This document shows positions 24,094 to 38,019 of a DNA stretch of 64,000 nucleotides, piece by piece (within the stretch, counting starts at the first letter, position 1; each line of letters begins with the position of its first letter). The stretch is from assembly GCF_006345805.1 (NCBI RefSeq), contig NC_043002.1, positions 49,538,001 to 49,602,000 of the forward strand. The letters run 5' to 3'. A program made the translations under genes and the position numbers. The stretch is from Octopus sinensis (taxonomy: Eukaryota). Under the pieces are notes generated by a model. It saw nothing but the letters and a program-made list of their open reading frames with translations, had not been told where the DNA came from and made no database searches.

Positions 24094-24476
24094 ATGGTGG
24101 TAGTGGTAGTGGTCGTTGTGGTACTGGCATTGATAGTGGTCAGTGTTGTGGTGATAGTCGTCGTAGTACTGGCCTTAGAGGTGGTGGCCATGGTGGCAAA
24201 AACACCTCAGTAGTGGCCTTCATAGTGGTCATTGTGTGTCATGGGCGTCAAGCTGGCAGAAACGTTAGCACGCCGGGCGAAATGTGTAGCCGTATTTCAT
24301 CTGCCGTTAAGTGTTCTGGGTTCAAATTCCGCCGAGGTCGACTTTGATTTTCATCCTTTCGGGGTCGATAAATTAAGTACCAGTTACGCACTGGGGTCGA
24401 TGTAATCGACTTAATCCCTTTGTCTGTTCTTGTTGTCCCCTCTATGTTTAGCCCCTTGTGGGTAGTAAAGAAATAT

Positions 24477-24528
<52 letters not shown>

Positions 24529-25095
24529 CTCCACAACTCGCATTTCGTAACGCCGCGCCGCCACTATTTTTTTTTATCTTCCTCTTACTGCAGCTACTAC
24601 TATTACTACTACTACTACTATTATTACTATCACCACTACCATTTACCCACCCACCACCTCCTATGAAAAGGCGGTGAGAGGGGAGCTGATTGCAGCCTCT
24701 CCCACCCCCACCACTACTACATTACACACAGTGACACACCCGCCCCCACAGCGCCCTTCACTACCTTAACAGCGGCACCCTCCCACCACACATCCCTCCC
24801 CCGACAACTTCTCTTTCACCCTGCATCGCCCTCCTCCTCCTCCTCCTCCTCCTTCCCCACCTCTGTAATTTCCTAAAGATAAGGATTGATAAATCATTGC
24901 CATCTTCCATCCACAGATAATCAATCATTGCTTACAGCCTGGCAGCAGTGGAGTGAGTGAGGTACGGGGCAGGGTGGTTGGGGGGGTAGAGCGTCAGTGG
25001 TCGTAGTGGGGGGTTGGGGTGGGAGTAGTGGTGATAACTAGTAGTAGTAGTAGTGGTAGTACTGGCTTTGATAGTCATCATAGTCATGGTGACAA

Positions 25096-25133
<38 letters not shown>

Positions 25134-25511
25134 ATGGTGGTAGTGGTAGTGGTCGTTGTGGTACTGGCATTGATAGTGGTCAGTGTTGTGGTGATAGTCG
25201 TCGTAGTACTGGCCTTAGAGGTGGTGGCCATGGTGGCAAAAACACCTCAGTAGTGGCCTTCATAGTGGTCATTGTGTGTCATGGGCGTCGAGCTGGCAGA
25301 AACGTTAGCACGCCGGGCGAAATGTGTAGCCGTATTTCATCTGCCGTTAAGTGTTCTGGGTTCAAATTCCGCCGAGGTCGACTTTGATTTTCATCCTTTC
25401 GGGGTCGATAAATTAAGTACCAGTTACGCACTGGGGTCGATGTAATCGACTTAATCCCTTTGTCTGTTCTTGTTTGTCCCCTCTATGTTTAGCCCCTTGT
25501 GGGTAGTAAAG

Positions 25512-25512
<1 letters not shown>
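23492..25512 (+). repeat. Near-perfect tandem duplication, period 1037 bp, delimited by (TA)n
   Basis: Copies start at 23492 and 24529; each has unique sequence, an (AGT)n tract and a family A SINE. Confidence 0.95.
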
Positions 25513-25546
<34 letters not shown>

Positions 25547-26329
25547 TGCAGGCGTGATTGTGTGGTTAGAAGTTTGCTTCCAACCTCATGGTTCAGGGTT
25601 CAGTCCCACTGTGTGGAACCTTTGGTAAGTGTCTTTTACTATATATATCTGTCTGGGTCTTGTTTGTCCTCCCCACCACCATTTGATGACCAATGTTGGT
25701 GTGTTTTATGTCCCCATAACTCAACTGTTCAGCAAAAGTAACCAATAGAATAAGTACCAGATTTTTAAAAAGTAAGTACTGGAGTTGATATATTCAACTA
25801 AAAATTCATCAAGGTGTGCTCCAGTCTGGCCACAGTCTGATAGTAAAAAGAATTAAAAATATATCACAGTATATATTTTGAGTATATATGACTCAACTAT
25901 CGGATGTTGTTTACACCACTGGTCACAATGCGCTTCCTTGAATTGTTTTTGCTTTCAAATGACACCACCCTGCTGGCTAGGCAAGTAAGTCTATGTTCTA
26001 TTTGAATGTAATGCTAGTCCATTGCAGGGTTACCCATTTACAGTTGGTGAGACAAGAGCAATGTGAAATGAAGTGTTTTGCTTAAGGGTACAACACAGCC
26101 AGTTTGAGAATTGAAACCATGACCTCGTCACTAAATCACATGCCTCCACACACATGTATACATATATGATATATGTATAGGCATGGCTGTGTGGTAAGAA
26201 GCTTGCTTCCAGTATAGCGTTTCTCAGCTGGATAGTGGATTTTGAGTGTAACGTGTTTTTTGGTTGTCTTGGCGATGCAACATTTTTCCTCTTGTTTAAT
26301 GAAGGGGTGTTGGGTGAGGAGTAGCAAAA

Positions 26330-26762
26330 GTTTGAATTATTCTGCTTCAGACATTGCAAACTGCCCTTCTTTGGACTTTGTGTCGTTTGAGGAAGAAATG
26401 GTGGAGAGTTTGAAGAAGATAGACGAAGCAATGGAGACGAAGAATTATGCAGAGGTGACGAAAGAAAGAAGCAAAGACGTGAGGCTGGAGGATGTGAGCA
26501 AGTTCAAGGGAATGCTTAAGAGGGAAGGGAACAAAGTGAAGGTGTTCCCCCACCAAAGAAGTTTTGAAAGAAACAAGTAAGAAGACAATAATTTACAGAA
26601 CATATTCAGTGGCTGCCAGGAAGATTGAGATCATGTCAACAGCTCAAATAGAAAAGGCACTTTGATCAATCTGGCTAGGGATTTACCTACTTTGCCAGAG
26701 GTAGAAAATTCGGAACAGTGGAGGTACGGTTTCGGGAGGTAGCTACTGCCAGGCTGCACTCA
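26330..26762 (+). pseudogene. Probable LINE ORF1/gag-like fragment
   Basis: Purine-rich, coding-like segment: FEEEMVESLKKIDEAME..., then with frameshifts KTIIYRTYSVAARKIEIMSTAQIEKAL and FARGRKFGTVEVRFREVATARLHS; truncated by a SINE. The family call is from recall only. Confidence 0.45.
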
Positions 26763-27040
26763 GTGGTTAGAGCATCAGGCTGCGTGTTGTGTTCTTGAGC
26801 AAGACACTTTATTTCACGTTGCTCCAGTTCACTCAGATGTAGAAATGAGTTGTGACATCACTGGTACCAAGCTGTACCAGCTTTTGCCTTTCCCTTGGAT
26901 AATGTTGGTGGTGTGAGGAGGGGAGGCTAGTATGCATAGGCGATTGCTGGTCTTCCATAAACCTTGCCTGGACTTGTGCCTCAGAGGGTAACATTCTAGG
27001 TGTAATGCCATATTCATTCATAACTGAAGGTCTTTACCTT
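26762..27040 (+). mobile_element. SINE family C
   Basis: CAGTGGTTAGAGC head remnant, TTCTTGAGCAAGACAC, tail GAAGGTCTTTACC. Confidence 0.75.
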
Positions 27041-27304
27041 TTAATATATCAAGGACTACATTACTTAATAATGTGTCATTTTTCTAAAACAGTAGGGCAT
27101 AATTTCAGGGAGATTTGACTAATATTTTTAGCAACTTCTACAACCCACACAGAGTTCCCTCAATGAGTGTTGCTTATCAGTGGTTGTAGAAATGATGTTA
27201 AGTTGGACAGTTAATTTTCTAGTTATGTTTATTTTACTTTTTAGTTATGAACCCACCAGAGACTGCCCTTGGCTCTATGATATAAATTTCCTAGGAGTGG
27301 CTAG

Positions 27305-28957
27305 GACTGGTCTGTGACCCAGTGGCTATGGAACCCTGCTGTAAAGGATGGGAAAGAGTGTACTTAATAGAGGGCAACCCCTTGATTTATATTTATTTCA
27401 TTGTCTTTGGAGAAATTGATGGTAAAAATAAACTCCAACATCTATGATGAATGAAAATGAGTAATTTAAGCAAATAGTTTGAATAAAAAAGGGATGAAAG
27501 AAAGTTAAGATAGCTGTTGTCTTCTCTACCAATAATAAAATCTGATATCATCCTGTGGAAAACAGTGTGTGTGGATTATCTCCTCTACCCATGTGCACCA
27601 CTCACTTCATTCCTCTCCACACTGTCTCCCACTTGCTCTCTTATTCTCATAAACTCCACGCGACTCCGGCAGAAGGTAATGGCAAACTTCTGCGGAACCT
27701 ATATGCCAAGGAAACCGGAAAACCAGCCCTAATGAGCCAGGCGTGGCTTGAGAAGGAACAAACATACTGAGTCTACCATCTAATTTAACATCACCTGGCA
27801 CTTTGGTTGCCTTCAGCAGAATCCACATATGGCTTGCAGACACTCAAACCATGTCTCCAGGTAACTGTTACCTTCCTCTCTTCGTCCTATGAGTCTTGAA
27901 AGCACACTGTAAAGGGTCATGGGTACTAGCAACATTTTACTCTGTATTTTATATATTTTTAAAGTTATTTGGCCATTTTTTGACTATAGATCCCTTTGAT
28001 TCCTATTTTACTCAGATGGACCTTCATAACCATTTAATGTTTAAAAATCCTGTTATATCTCTATAATTAAATGTTATTAGGAATTGCATTAAAAAAAAAA
28101 TTAAGATATTTTGTGTACTGTAGAAGTATAACCGATTTATATTGCACATAATTTTTAACAAAAAAATCAGAGGTAGCAATGTATCTCCTCTATAGCAAGA
28201 CACCTGTAAAACTATATACTGTAAAACACCTGATTTACTCTAGAGAAAATCCATCACTTAGTAATTGTTTGTTTCAAATTTTGGAACAGGGCCAGCAGTT
28301 TTGAGGGGAGGGGGGGGCAAGTTGATTACATCGATCCCACATATTGATTGGTGCTTTATTTCATTGGCTCTAAAATGATAACAAGTCAAGTTGACCTCAT
28401 CAGGATTTGAAATCGGAATGTAAAGCGCTGGAAGAAAGGCTACTAAGCCTTTTGTGCAATGTGCTACCAAGTCTTACCACTTTAATAATAATAATGATTC
28501 TTTCTACCAAAGGCACAAGGCCTAAAATTGGGGGGGGGGGGGGTTAAGTCAATTATATTGACCTCCAGTGTTCAACTGGTACTTATTTTAAAACCCTGGA
28601 AGGATGAAAGGCAAAGTTGACCTCGGCAGAGTTTGAACTCAGAACATAAAGATGTTGATAATGATGATGAAGAGTGTGTAATCCACACACACTGTTTTCC
28701 ACAGAACGATATCAGATTTTATTATTGGTAGAGAAGACAACAGCTATCTTAACTTTCGTTCATCCCTTTTTTTATTCAAACTGCTATTTGCTTAAATTAC
28801 TCATTTTCATTCATCATAGATGTTGGAGTTTATTTTTACCATCAATTTCTCCAAAGACAATGAAATAAATATAAATGAAGGAGGTTTCCCTCTATTAAGT
28901 ACACTCTTTCCCATCCTTTACAGCAGGGTCCCATAGCTACTGGGTCACAGACCGGTC
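27305..28957. repeat. Inverted repeat pair (~275-bp arms, ~1.1-kb spacer) including a hAT-like terminus
   Basis: 27305-27578 vs 28679-28957, roughly 95% identical by eye; the outer part resembles the hAT end CAGGGTCCC...GGGTCACAGACCGGT. Confidence 0.85.
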
Positions 28958-30333
28958 TGGGTCTTTGGATTATTTGGTACCAGGCTGCACAGAAAGAGTA
29001 AATTTTAAAATGATTTTTCTTGGCTATCACAGTCTGTAAGGTGTTTTTGTTATATATATAATATATATTACACACACACACACACACATATGTATTAGAG
29101 TAGGTAAAGACCCCCTTCAATTATGAATGACCATGGGATTGCACCTAGAAAGTTACTCTCCTAGGTACAAGTCCAGTCAGAGTTGTTTATGGGACACCAG
29201 CAGTCATCCATGCATATCAGCCTCTCCTCTCCACGCCACAGATGTTATCCAAGGGGAAGGCAAAGGCAGATACAGCTTGGCACCAGTGATATCACAACTC
29301 ATTTCTACAATGTCTTGCTCAAGAACACAACACACAACCTAGTCCAAGAATTGAACTCACTACCTCATGATTATGAGCCTGACACTTCAACCACTAAACC
29401 ATGTATTATATATGTAATAGTCAAATTATGTTATTATGCAGTGAAGGTGCATGGCTAAAGATATTTGGCTCCAGATCGTCTGATACCTGACAGCACAGCA
29501 CATTGTGCTCTTGATCGAGACACTTTATTTCACCTTGCTCCAGTCCACTCAGCTGGAAAAAATGAGTAGTACCTGTATTTCAGTGGGCCGACCTTATCAC
29601 ATTCTGTGTCGTGCTGAATCTCCCTGAGAATTATGCTGAGGGTATGTGTGTCTATGGAGTGTTCAACCACTTGTACATTAATTTAACAAGCAGATTGTTC
29701 CCTTGATCGGCTCAACTGGAACCCTTGTCTTTATAACTGACAGAGTGCCAGGACTCATTCTTTGTAAGCCTAGTACTTATTCTACTGGTCTCTTTTACTG
29801 AACTGCTAAGTTACAAGGATGTAAGCATCAGTTGTCAAGCAATGGCAGGGGGACAAACACAGATACACGAACACACACACACACACATATATGTATAATG
29901 CACTTCTTTCAGTTTCTGTCTACCAAATCCACTCACAAGGCTTTGGTTGGCCTGAGGCTATAGTAGAAGACACATGCCCAAGGTGCCATGCAGTGGGACT
30001 GAACCCAGAACCATGTGGCTGGTAAGCAAGCTACTTACTACACATCTTATATGAAACTAGTCCATTGTGTAAAAAAAAAAAAAGGATTGGGGACTGCTTC
30101 CTTATACAATATTCCAACATTAAATTCCATTCATTATTCTTCTTTCTCTTCCTTATATCCTAACGAAGTTAGATTTAATTAACTATACTCCCTTCCTATT
30201 CCCACATTGTACTGATATTAACATTGATAACACTCCTTCCTATTTCCTACATAGTATCAATATTACAGTCAGCAGACTTATAAAATCCTTCCTGCCCCAG
30301 ATATTGTACCAATATTAAATTCATTTCACTAGA

Positions 30334-30960
30334 GGTGCGGGCATGGGTGTATAGTAAGAGGTTTGCTTCCCAACCACTTGGTCCCGAGTTCAGTCCCACT
30401 GTGTGGCACTTTGAGCAAGTGTCTCCTACTATAGCCTTGGGCTGAATGAAGCCTTGTGAGTGGATTCATTAGATGGAAACTGAAAGAAGCCTGTCATATA
30501 TATGTGTGTGTGTGTGTCTTTGTGTCTGTGCTTGTCCCTCACCACCACTAGACAACCGGTGTTGGTGTGTTTATATACCTATTTCTTTAACACCCACAAG
30601 GGGCTAAACACAGAGGGTACAAACAAGGACAGACAAACGGATTAAGTTGATTACATCGACCCCAGTGCGTAACTGGTACTTATTTAATCGACCCCGACAG
30701 GATGAAAGGCAAAGTCGACCTCGGCGGAATTTGAACTCAGAACGTAACGGCAGACGAAATACAGCTACGCATTTCGCCCGGCGTGCTAATGTTTCTGCCA
30801 GCTCGCCGCCTTATATATACCTGTGACTTAGCAGTTTGGCAAAAGAGACTGAAAGAATAAGTACCAGGCATTTAAAAAATGCACTGGGGTCAATTCGTTT
30901 GATTAAAATCTCTTCAAGGCAGTGCCCCAATATGGCTACATTCTAATGACAGAAACAAAA
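30334..30960 (+). mobile_element. SINE family B interrupted by a family A SINE (30581-30810, minus strand)
   Basis: Target-site duplication TATATACCT at 30572-30580 and 30814-30822; the host sequence resumes after the insert. Confidence 0.8.
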
Positions 30961-31602
30961 GATATACTCTTTTACTTGTTTCAGTCATTTGACTGCGGCC
31001 ATGCTGGAGCACCGCCTTTAAAAAAATATCTGTGCATTGGCCGGGATATTCTTTATATAAAAGGAATACCAATTAAATACTAGGCTGATTTAAATCTGTT
31101 ATCCTTTATCTGTTTCAGTCATTAGACTGTGGCCATGCTGGGGCACCACCTTCAAGGACTTTTAGCACTTATATTCTTTTTAAGCATGGTACTTATTTTA
31201 TCAGTCTCCTCTTTGCCAAACTGCTAAGTTATGTGGACACAAACAAACCAACAGCAGTTGTTAAGTGGCAGTAGTAAACTAACACAAACACACACATATT
31301 CATTCATTTGTTTCAGTCATTTGACTGCAGCCATGCTGGAGCACCACCTTGAAGTATTTTAGTCAAGCAAATCAACCCTAGGACTTATTTTTTTAAAGCC
31401 TAGTACTTATTCTATCAGTCTCTTTTGATAAACTGCTAAGTTTTAGGGATGTAAACACACCAACACCAGTTGTCAAGTGTATATATACACATACACATGA
31501 TGGGTTTTTTTTTTAAGTTTCCGTCAACCAAATCCGCTCATAAGGCTTTTATGCCTAAGAAACATTGAAACTTTATTGAGTCCACTCTGTTGAAAATATT
31601 CA

Positions 31603-31993
31603 GGCGCAGGAGTGGCTGTGTGTTTACCAACCACATGGTTCCGGGTTCAGTCCCACTACGTGGCACCTTGGGCAAGTGTCTTCTACTATATAGCCTCGGG
31701 CCCACCAAAACCTTGTGAGTGGATTTGGTAGACGGAAACTGAAAGAAGCCCGTCATATATATGTATATATATATATTTGTGCGTGTATGTATGTGTGTCT
31801 GTGTTAGTCCCCCTAGCATTGCTTGACAATCGATGCTGGTGTGTTTATGTCCCCGTCACTTAGCGGTTCGGCAAAAGGGACCAATAGAATAAGTACTGGG
31901 CTTACAAAGAATAAGTCGCGGGGTCGAGTTACTTGATTAAAGGCGGTGCTCCAGCATGGCCGTAGTCAAATGACTGAAACGAGTAAAAAGAGT
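31603..31993 (+). mobile_element. SINE family B
   Basis: Full-length copy with tail GAGTAAAAAGAG. Confidence 0.85.
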
Positions 31994-32575
31994 GAAAGAG
32001 AGAGGCCAAATCTCTTTTTGGTCTAAATACAACTTCCTTGTACCAATCACAGAAGACCTGAAGAAGTGGGGATTCACAATCACTTGCCTTACTTCCTCTG
32101 ACTAAACTAAACTGCAAAAAAAAAAAAAAAAAAAAGAAACAAACAGCCCCACCCATCCGTCTTGCCATTCTTGTTAAATTTATGACAGTGATCATTGTAG
32201 CATTACCATGTTAAAGTGGGGGTACAAGTTTGGGGCAGATGCAGAGGAGCAGGCAAGGGTTTGTTAGTGTGACATATTAACCCAAGAACTTAAATCACCA
32301 ATGGGGCCCCTTTTTTTTTCCCTTTTTTTTTTTTTTTTTTTTTATCTAACTCAGCCACTCCATTCACTTATATCTTCTTCTCTCTTCTTTTGCTGCAACT
32401 CACAACGGTCGGTCGTTAATATCCATCTTACTCTTCCTTTTTCTTTTGCTTCTGTTTTTTTTGGGGGATTTTTCGTCTTTGTTTTTGTTTTCCTCATATC
32501 ATTTGCGTTATGCATCAGCTTTGGTTTCAATATATGTAATATCCATGGATAGGTGGGACCAGTAACACACAGAGA

Positions 32576-32614
32576 CATACACACACACACACACACACAC
32601 ACATACATGCATAC

Positions 32615-32659
<45 letters not shown>

Positions 32660-32774
32660 CACACACATACATACATGCATACATATATATACATATATAT
32701 ATACACACACACATACATACATGCATACATATATATACATATATATATACACACACACATACATACATGCATAC

Positions 32775-32807
<33 letters not shown>

Positions 32808-32888
32808 TATATATATATACACACACATACATACATGCATACATATATATACATATATATATACACACACACATACATACATGCATAC

Positions 32889-32921
<33 letters not shown>

Positions 32922-32998
32922 TATATATATATACACACACATACATACATGCATACATATATATACATATATATATATACACACACATACATGCATAC

Positions 32999-33029
<31 letters not shown>

Positions 33030-33156
33030 TATATATATATACACACACATACATACATGCATACATATATATACATATATATATAAACACACACATACAT
33101 ACATGCATACATATATATATACACACATACATACATACATGCATACATATATACAC

Positions 33157-33187
<31 letters not shown>

Positions 33188-33245
33188 CACACATATGTAT
33201 ATATACACATGTACATATATATATATACACATATATAGATATATG

Positions 33246-33281
<36 letters not shown>
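32576..33281. repeat. Compound (CA)n/(TA)n/(CATA)n minisatellite
   Basis: Recurrent ATACATACATGCATACATATATATAC units; source of several spurious ORFs. Confidence 0.95.
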
Positions 33282-33283
<2 letters not shown>

Positions 33284-33490
33284 AAATTAAATTTTATTGT
33301 GACATTTCCCCCTCTACTATTGCCTTAACACACATACACAAAATGCACCCTTAATATGGAACTACACCTCTATCACCCACCACCACCACCACCACCAAAC
33401 TACCCATCTTTGGAGAGAAATGACACTACAAACTCTCTCACCTTCCCTATCAATCATATCTACCTCATTCTCTCCTCTCTTCCTTTACAC

Positions 33491-33533
<43 letters not shown>

Positions 33534-33808
33534 ACATCACAGTCACATCTACTAATTTCAGCACCACCACCACCACCAACACCACAACCGCCACCACCAC
33601 AGCAGTTGTTTCCATCGCCGCCATTGCCATCCCCATCAATCATGTTGTCCTTTCTCCTGTCACTCAGTCACCTGCAGGCGCATCAACAGTGCTTTCAGCA
33701 ACGAGACAGAGGGGATGGTGGTGGTGGGGAGGAGGGGGAGGGGACTTGCGTGGAGAGAACATGGGAACTTCAAATAACGACTATTACAATGACACTAATA
33801 ATGACGAA

Positions 33809-34553
33809 GATGATGATGATGATGATGATGGCCTATGGTGCTGATGGTAGTATGATGATGATGATGATGATGATGATGGCTATGGTGCTGATGGTAGTAT
33901 GATGATGATGATGATGATGATGGCTATGGTGCTGATGGTAGTATGATGATGATGATGATGATGGCTATGGTGCTGATGGTAGTATGATGATGATGATGAT
34001 GATGATGGCTATGGTGCTGATGGTAGTATGATGATGATGATGATGATGGCTATGGTGCTGATGGTAGTATGATGATGATGATGATGATGGCTATGGTGCT
34101 GATGGTAGTATGATGATGATGATGATGATGGCTATGGTGCTGATGGTAGTATGATGATGATGATGATGATGGCTATGGTGCTGATGGTAGTATGATGATG
34201 ATGATGGCTATGGTGCTGATGGTAGTATGATGATGATGATGATGATGATGGCTATGGTGCTGATGGTAGTATGATGATGATGATGATGATGGCTATGGTG
34301 CTGATGGTAGTATGATGATGATGATGATGATGATGGCTATGGTGCTGATGGTAGTATGATGATGATGGCTATGGTGCTGATGGTAGTATGATGATGATGA
34401 TGATGATGGCTATGGTGCTGATGGTAGTATGATGATGATGATGGCTATGGTGCTGATGGTAGTATGATGATGATGATGATGATGGCTATGGTGCTGATGG
34501 TAGTATGATGATGATGATGATGATGGCTATGGTGCTGATGGTAGTATGATGAT
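33809..34553 (+). repeat. Minisatellite: 18 copies of GGCTATGGTGCTGATGGTAGTAT separated by variable (GAT)n
   Basis: Counted directly; unit length 23+3n. Confidence 0.95.
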
Positions 34554-34997
34554 GGTGGTAATGATGATGAAAATGATAATGATGATGGTTGTGCTGATGA
34601 TTACTATGATGATTGTACAATGATGGTGATGGTGGTGGTGGTGATGATGTAAGTACTGATGATGACTTATGAGGATTATGATGATGGCTGTGATGATGAT
34701 GATGACTGCAGTGCTGATGGTAGTGATGATGGTGGTGATGCTGAAGGTGGGTAGTGCTGATGATGACTGATGACTATACAACTATGATTGTGATGGCAGT
34801 GGCGGTGGTGGTGGTGATGGTTGTGATGAGGATGATAATTATGATGATGATGATGACGGTGTTGGGTAATGGCTAGGGATACCAACAACAACAACAACAA
34901 CTACAAAAATAATACTAATACCCACGAGAGTAACACTAGGGAGAAGAAAACAAGAATATTTTGATGTGAAGGCAATGAGGATGATGATGATGATGAT

Positions 34998-35275
34998 GAT
35001 GGGGGAGGTGGTGATAATGATCATGAAGATGGTGATGATGATGATGTGATGATGATGACGATGATGATGTGATGATGATGACGATGATGATGATGGGAGA
35101 GGTGGTGATAATGATCATGAAGATGATGATGTGATGATGATGACGATGATGATGATGGGGGAGGTGGTGATAATGATCATGAAGATGGTGATGATGATGA
35201 TGTGATGATGATGACGATGATGATGATGGGGGAGGTGGTGATAATGATCATGAAGATGATGATGATGACGATGAT
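34998..35275 (+). repeat. Four-copy GAT-rich minisatellite (GATGGGGGAGGTGGTGATAATGATCATGAAG)
   Basis: Copies near 34998, 35092, 35154 and 35226. Confidence 0.85.
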
Positions 35276-38019
35276 GCTAGTGACAGAAGTGGTAATGACA
35301 GTACTGGTTGCAGTGCTAGTAATGTTTGTTGCTGTTGTTGTTGATGATGATGATGGCAGTGGTGGTGTTGCCTAAAGACACAAACAACCACAAAACTAAC
35401 AAGAACAAGTACATGAGCACTAGTAAAACGAATGCAGAAAACAGCCGTATCGTATCGTGATGACGACGACGATGATGATGATGATGCTAATGATGATGAT
35501 GATGACGACGATGTTGAGTTGATAAGAATAATAAATGGCTTGTAGAGGTGGGCAGAGGGAGGTCGATGGCAGTAATGGGGGCAGGGGAGGGGGTGATTTA
35601 GAAGTTACAACAATAGGAATATTATAAAGGATGGTGATGGTAATTGATGAAGATGACGATGATGATGATGATGATAACAGGCAGTAATAACAATGCTATA
35701 GAACAGAGGAGAGTGGCAATAATTGATGACAATGGTGGCAGTGATGATGATGATGATGTTGATGATGATAGCAATAATAGCAATATAATGAATGAGAAGG
35801 CTGATAATTGATGAGGGTGGTGGTGGTGGTGGTGTAGGTGGGGGGTGGAGGTGATGGTAGCCATGATTGTCATGATGTTGTTGTTGTTGTTGTGGGTGGT
35901 GATGGTGGTGGTGGTGGCGGTGGGTGTTGAAGATATTAACTGCGATGATGGTAACAGCAATGACAATGATGATAATGATGATGATGATGATATTAATAAC
36001 AGTAATTAACTACGCAATATGTAAGGTAGAAGACAGTGGGAGGAAGGGGTGGGGTGGGGGTGGAATGAAGTAGAAACAAAAAAAATAAATAAATAAAATA
36101 GCAGCAGCAGCAGCAGCAACAACAACAAGAATAACAATAACACTGTCTCTAACATTCGAAAAGGTGTGCATGGATAATGGACAATAAAGAGACTTCAAAC
36201 TGTAGGATGTCTTTAGTTGCACACCCATGTTCATAGGTAGATTAATAAAGTGGTGGTGGTGGTGGTGCTGATAGCAGCAGTGGAAGATTTGATGGTGGGG
36301 GAGTGGGAGAGGGGGGGAGATATATATGATGGAGGGATGGCATGAAGAAATTTCTCCTTCCCCGTCTCCCCCACCCATCGCACCCTTCCATGATTGGGGT
36401 GGACTTGATAATGATTGAGCATCTTTATAAGGAAGTCTGCATGTGGCGTGAGTGATGGTCATGGCAGTGACGGTGGTGTCTGTGATTGTGATGGTGATGG
36501 TGATTGTGGTGGTGGTGGTGGTGGTGGTGGCATGGACTAAACACACTGGAGGTGACATTAACTGATCGGTGTTGGTCTCCAGATGGATTGATCACTTGTC
36601 AAAACAACAACAACAACAGCAGCAGCAGCAACAATAACTACAACAGTAACAACAAGAAAATCACAATAGGGAATGCAGAAATCAAACTGCCACAGCTCAC
36701 TGCCACAGCTCACTGCCACTCTTTTCACCGTCACCGTCGCCGTCCTCATTTCCACCATCGTTGTTGTTGTCGTCATTGCTGTTTATCAATGTTGACATTG
36801 GCAAAAGTGTAATTATGCCTCACCAACCAACGATGACTTCTCTGTCATTTAAAATTATAGAACTTCAGCAAGGGTAGTTGATACTTTCATGGTGACGGTT
36901 GCAGTGATAATAGTTAAGGAGGAGCTTTAGGGGTGGGGGCATTCACTTGAGGACCAGCCAAGTGCTGTAAGCAACAAATAGGTTACTTCCCAAATGTAAC
37001 TAACAGGCCCCCACCCAACCCGCTGTCTTATGCCTAACGGCCATGAAGGGACAATGGTAAATCTTTCCTGTTAGAAAACTTAAAAAGGGGGTACATAGGG
37101 AGTACATATGAATATGTCTTCATGTACAGACCTTCAAGTGTTCGATTCTAATTTCTTTGAATGTTGTGCTTTTGAATTTATTGGCTGTGTGGTAAGAAGT
37201 TTGCTTCCCATCCACATGGTCAGAGGTTCAGTCCCACTGCATGGCACCTTGGGCCAAGTGTTGTCTTCTACAATAACCCAGTGCCGACCAAAGCCTTGTG
37301 AGTAGATTTGGCTGACAGAAACTGAAAGAAGCCCATTGTACATGTGCATGTGTTTGTGTCTGTCTTGCACCACCAATTGACAACTAGTGTTGGTTTGTTT
37401 ATATCTCTGTAACTTAGTGCTTCAGTAAATGAGACTGACAGAACTTGTACCAGGTTTATAAAAATAAGTACTAGGGCTGATTTGTTAGACTAAAATTCTT
37501 GAAGGCAGTGCTCCAGTATGACCTTAGTCTAATGCCTGAAATAAGTAAAAAAATAAATAAAAGATACCCAAACATTGCTAAATTAATGTAATTGGTGTTG
37601 TCGTGTGTAACTTTAAAAAACATGCATTGTTTCTAGCAAGCATTCAACAGTAATTAAAAATATTTTCTGATCAAAATATGTACAAACATACAAGTAACAG
37701 ACTAAAGTAGTTATCTTACATGTAGGGGAAACATGAAGCTAAACCAAATATAAGGTATTTTTTTAACTGTTGGCAATCAGAAGTATCTGTCGATGGTATG
37801 TTAGACCTGTTGTCTTCAAAAGAGACATAACTGAGTTTCAGTGTTCAGAATTTTTCTTCTAAGAGCATGAATGGTATAGTATGACACAAGTGGTCTGCTG
37901 GGACTGAAGACAAGGAGTTGGTTCTGGATTTGCTCAGTTTGCACTTCAATAGGGTATCATATCTAGGTAAAATATGTTGCTTAAGAAACTGTTGAATTTA
38001 CCACTCTGCTTGTGAAGAC

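Noticed and set aside
32351-33354. Long [12 protein letters not shown] ORFs (also 14.4, 21.5, 59.9 and 61.6 kb)
   Set aside because: They are translations of dinucleotide microsatellites.
33809-34553. CRISPR-like repeat/spacer array
   Set aside because: The spacers are only (GAT)n, there are no cas genes, and the context is eukaryotic.
33356-36812. Poly-H/I/D/V/M ORFs (also 44.4-46.4 and 53.4-55.3 kb)
   Set aside because: Trinucleotide low-complexity tracts with frequent frame changes and no splice support.
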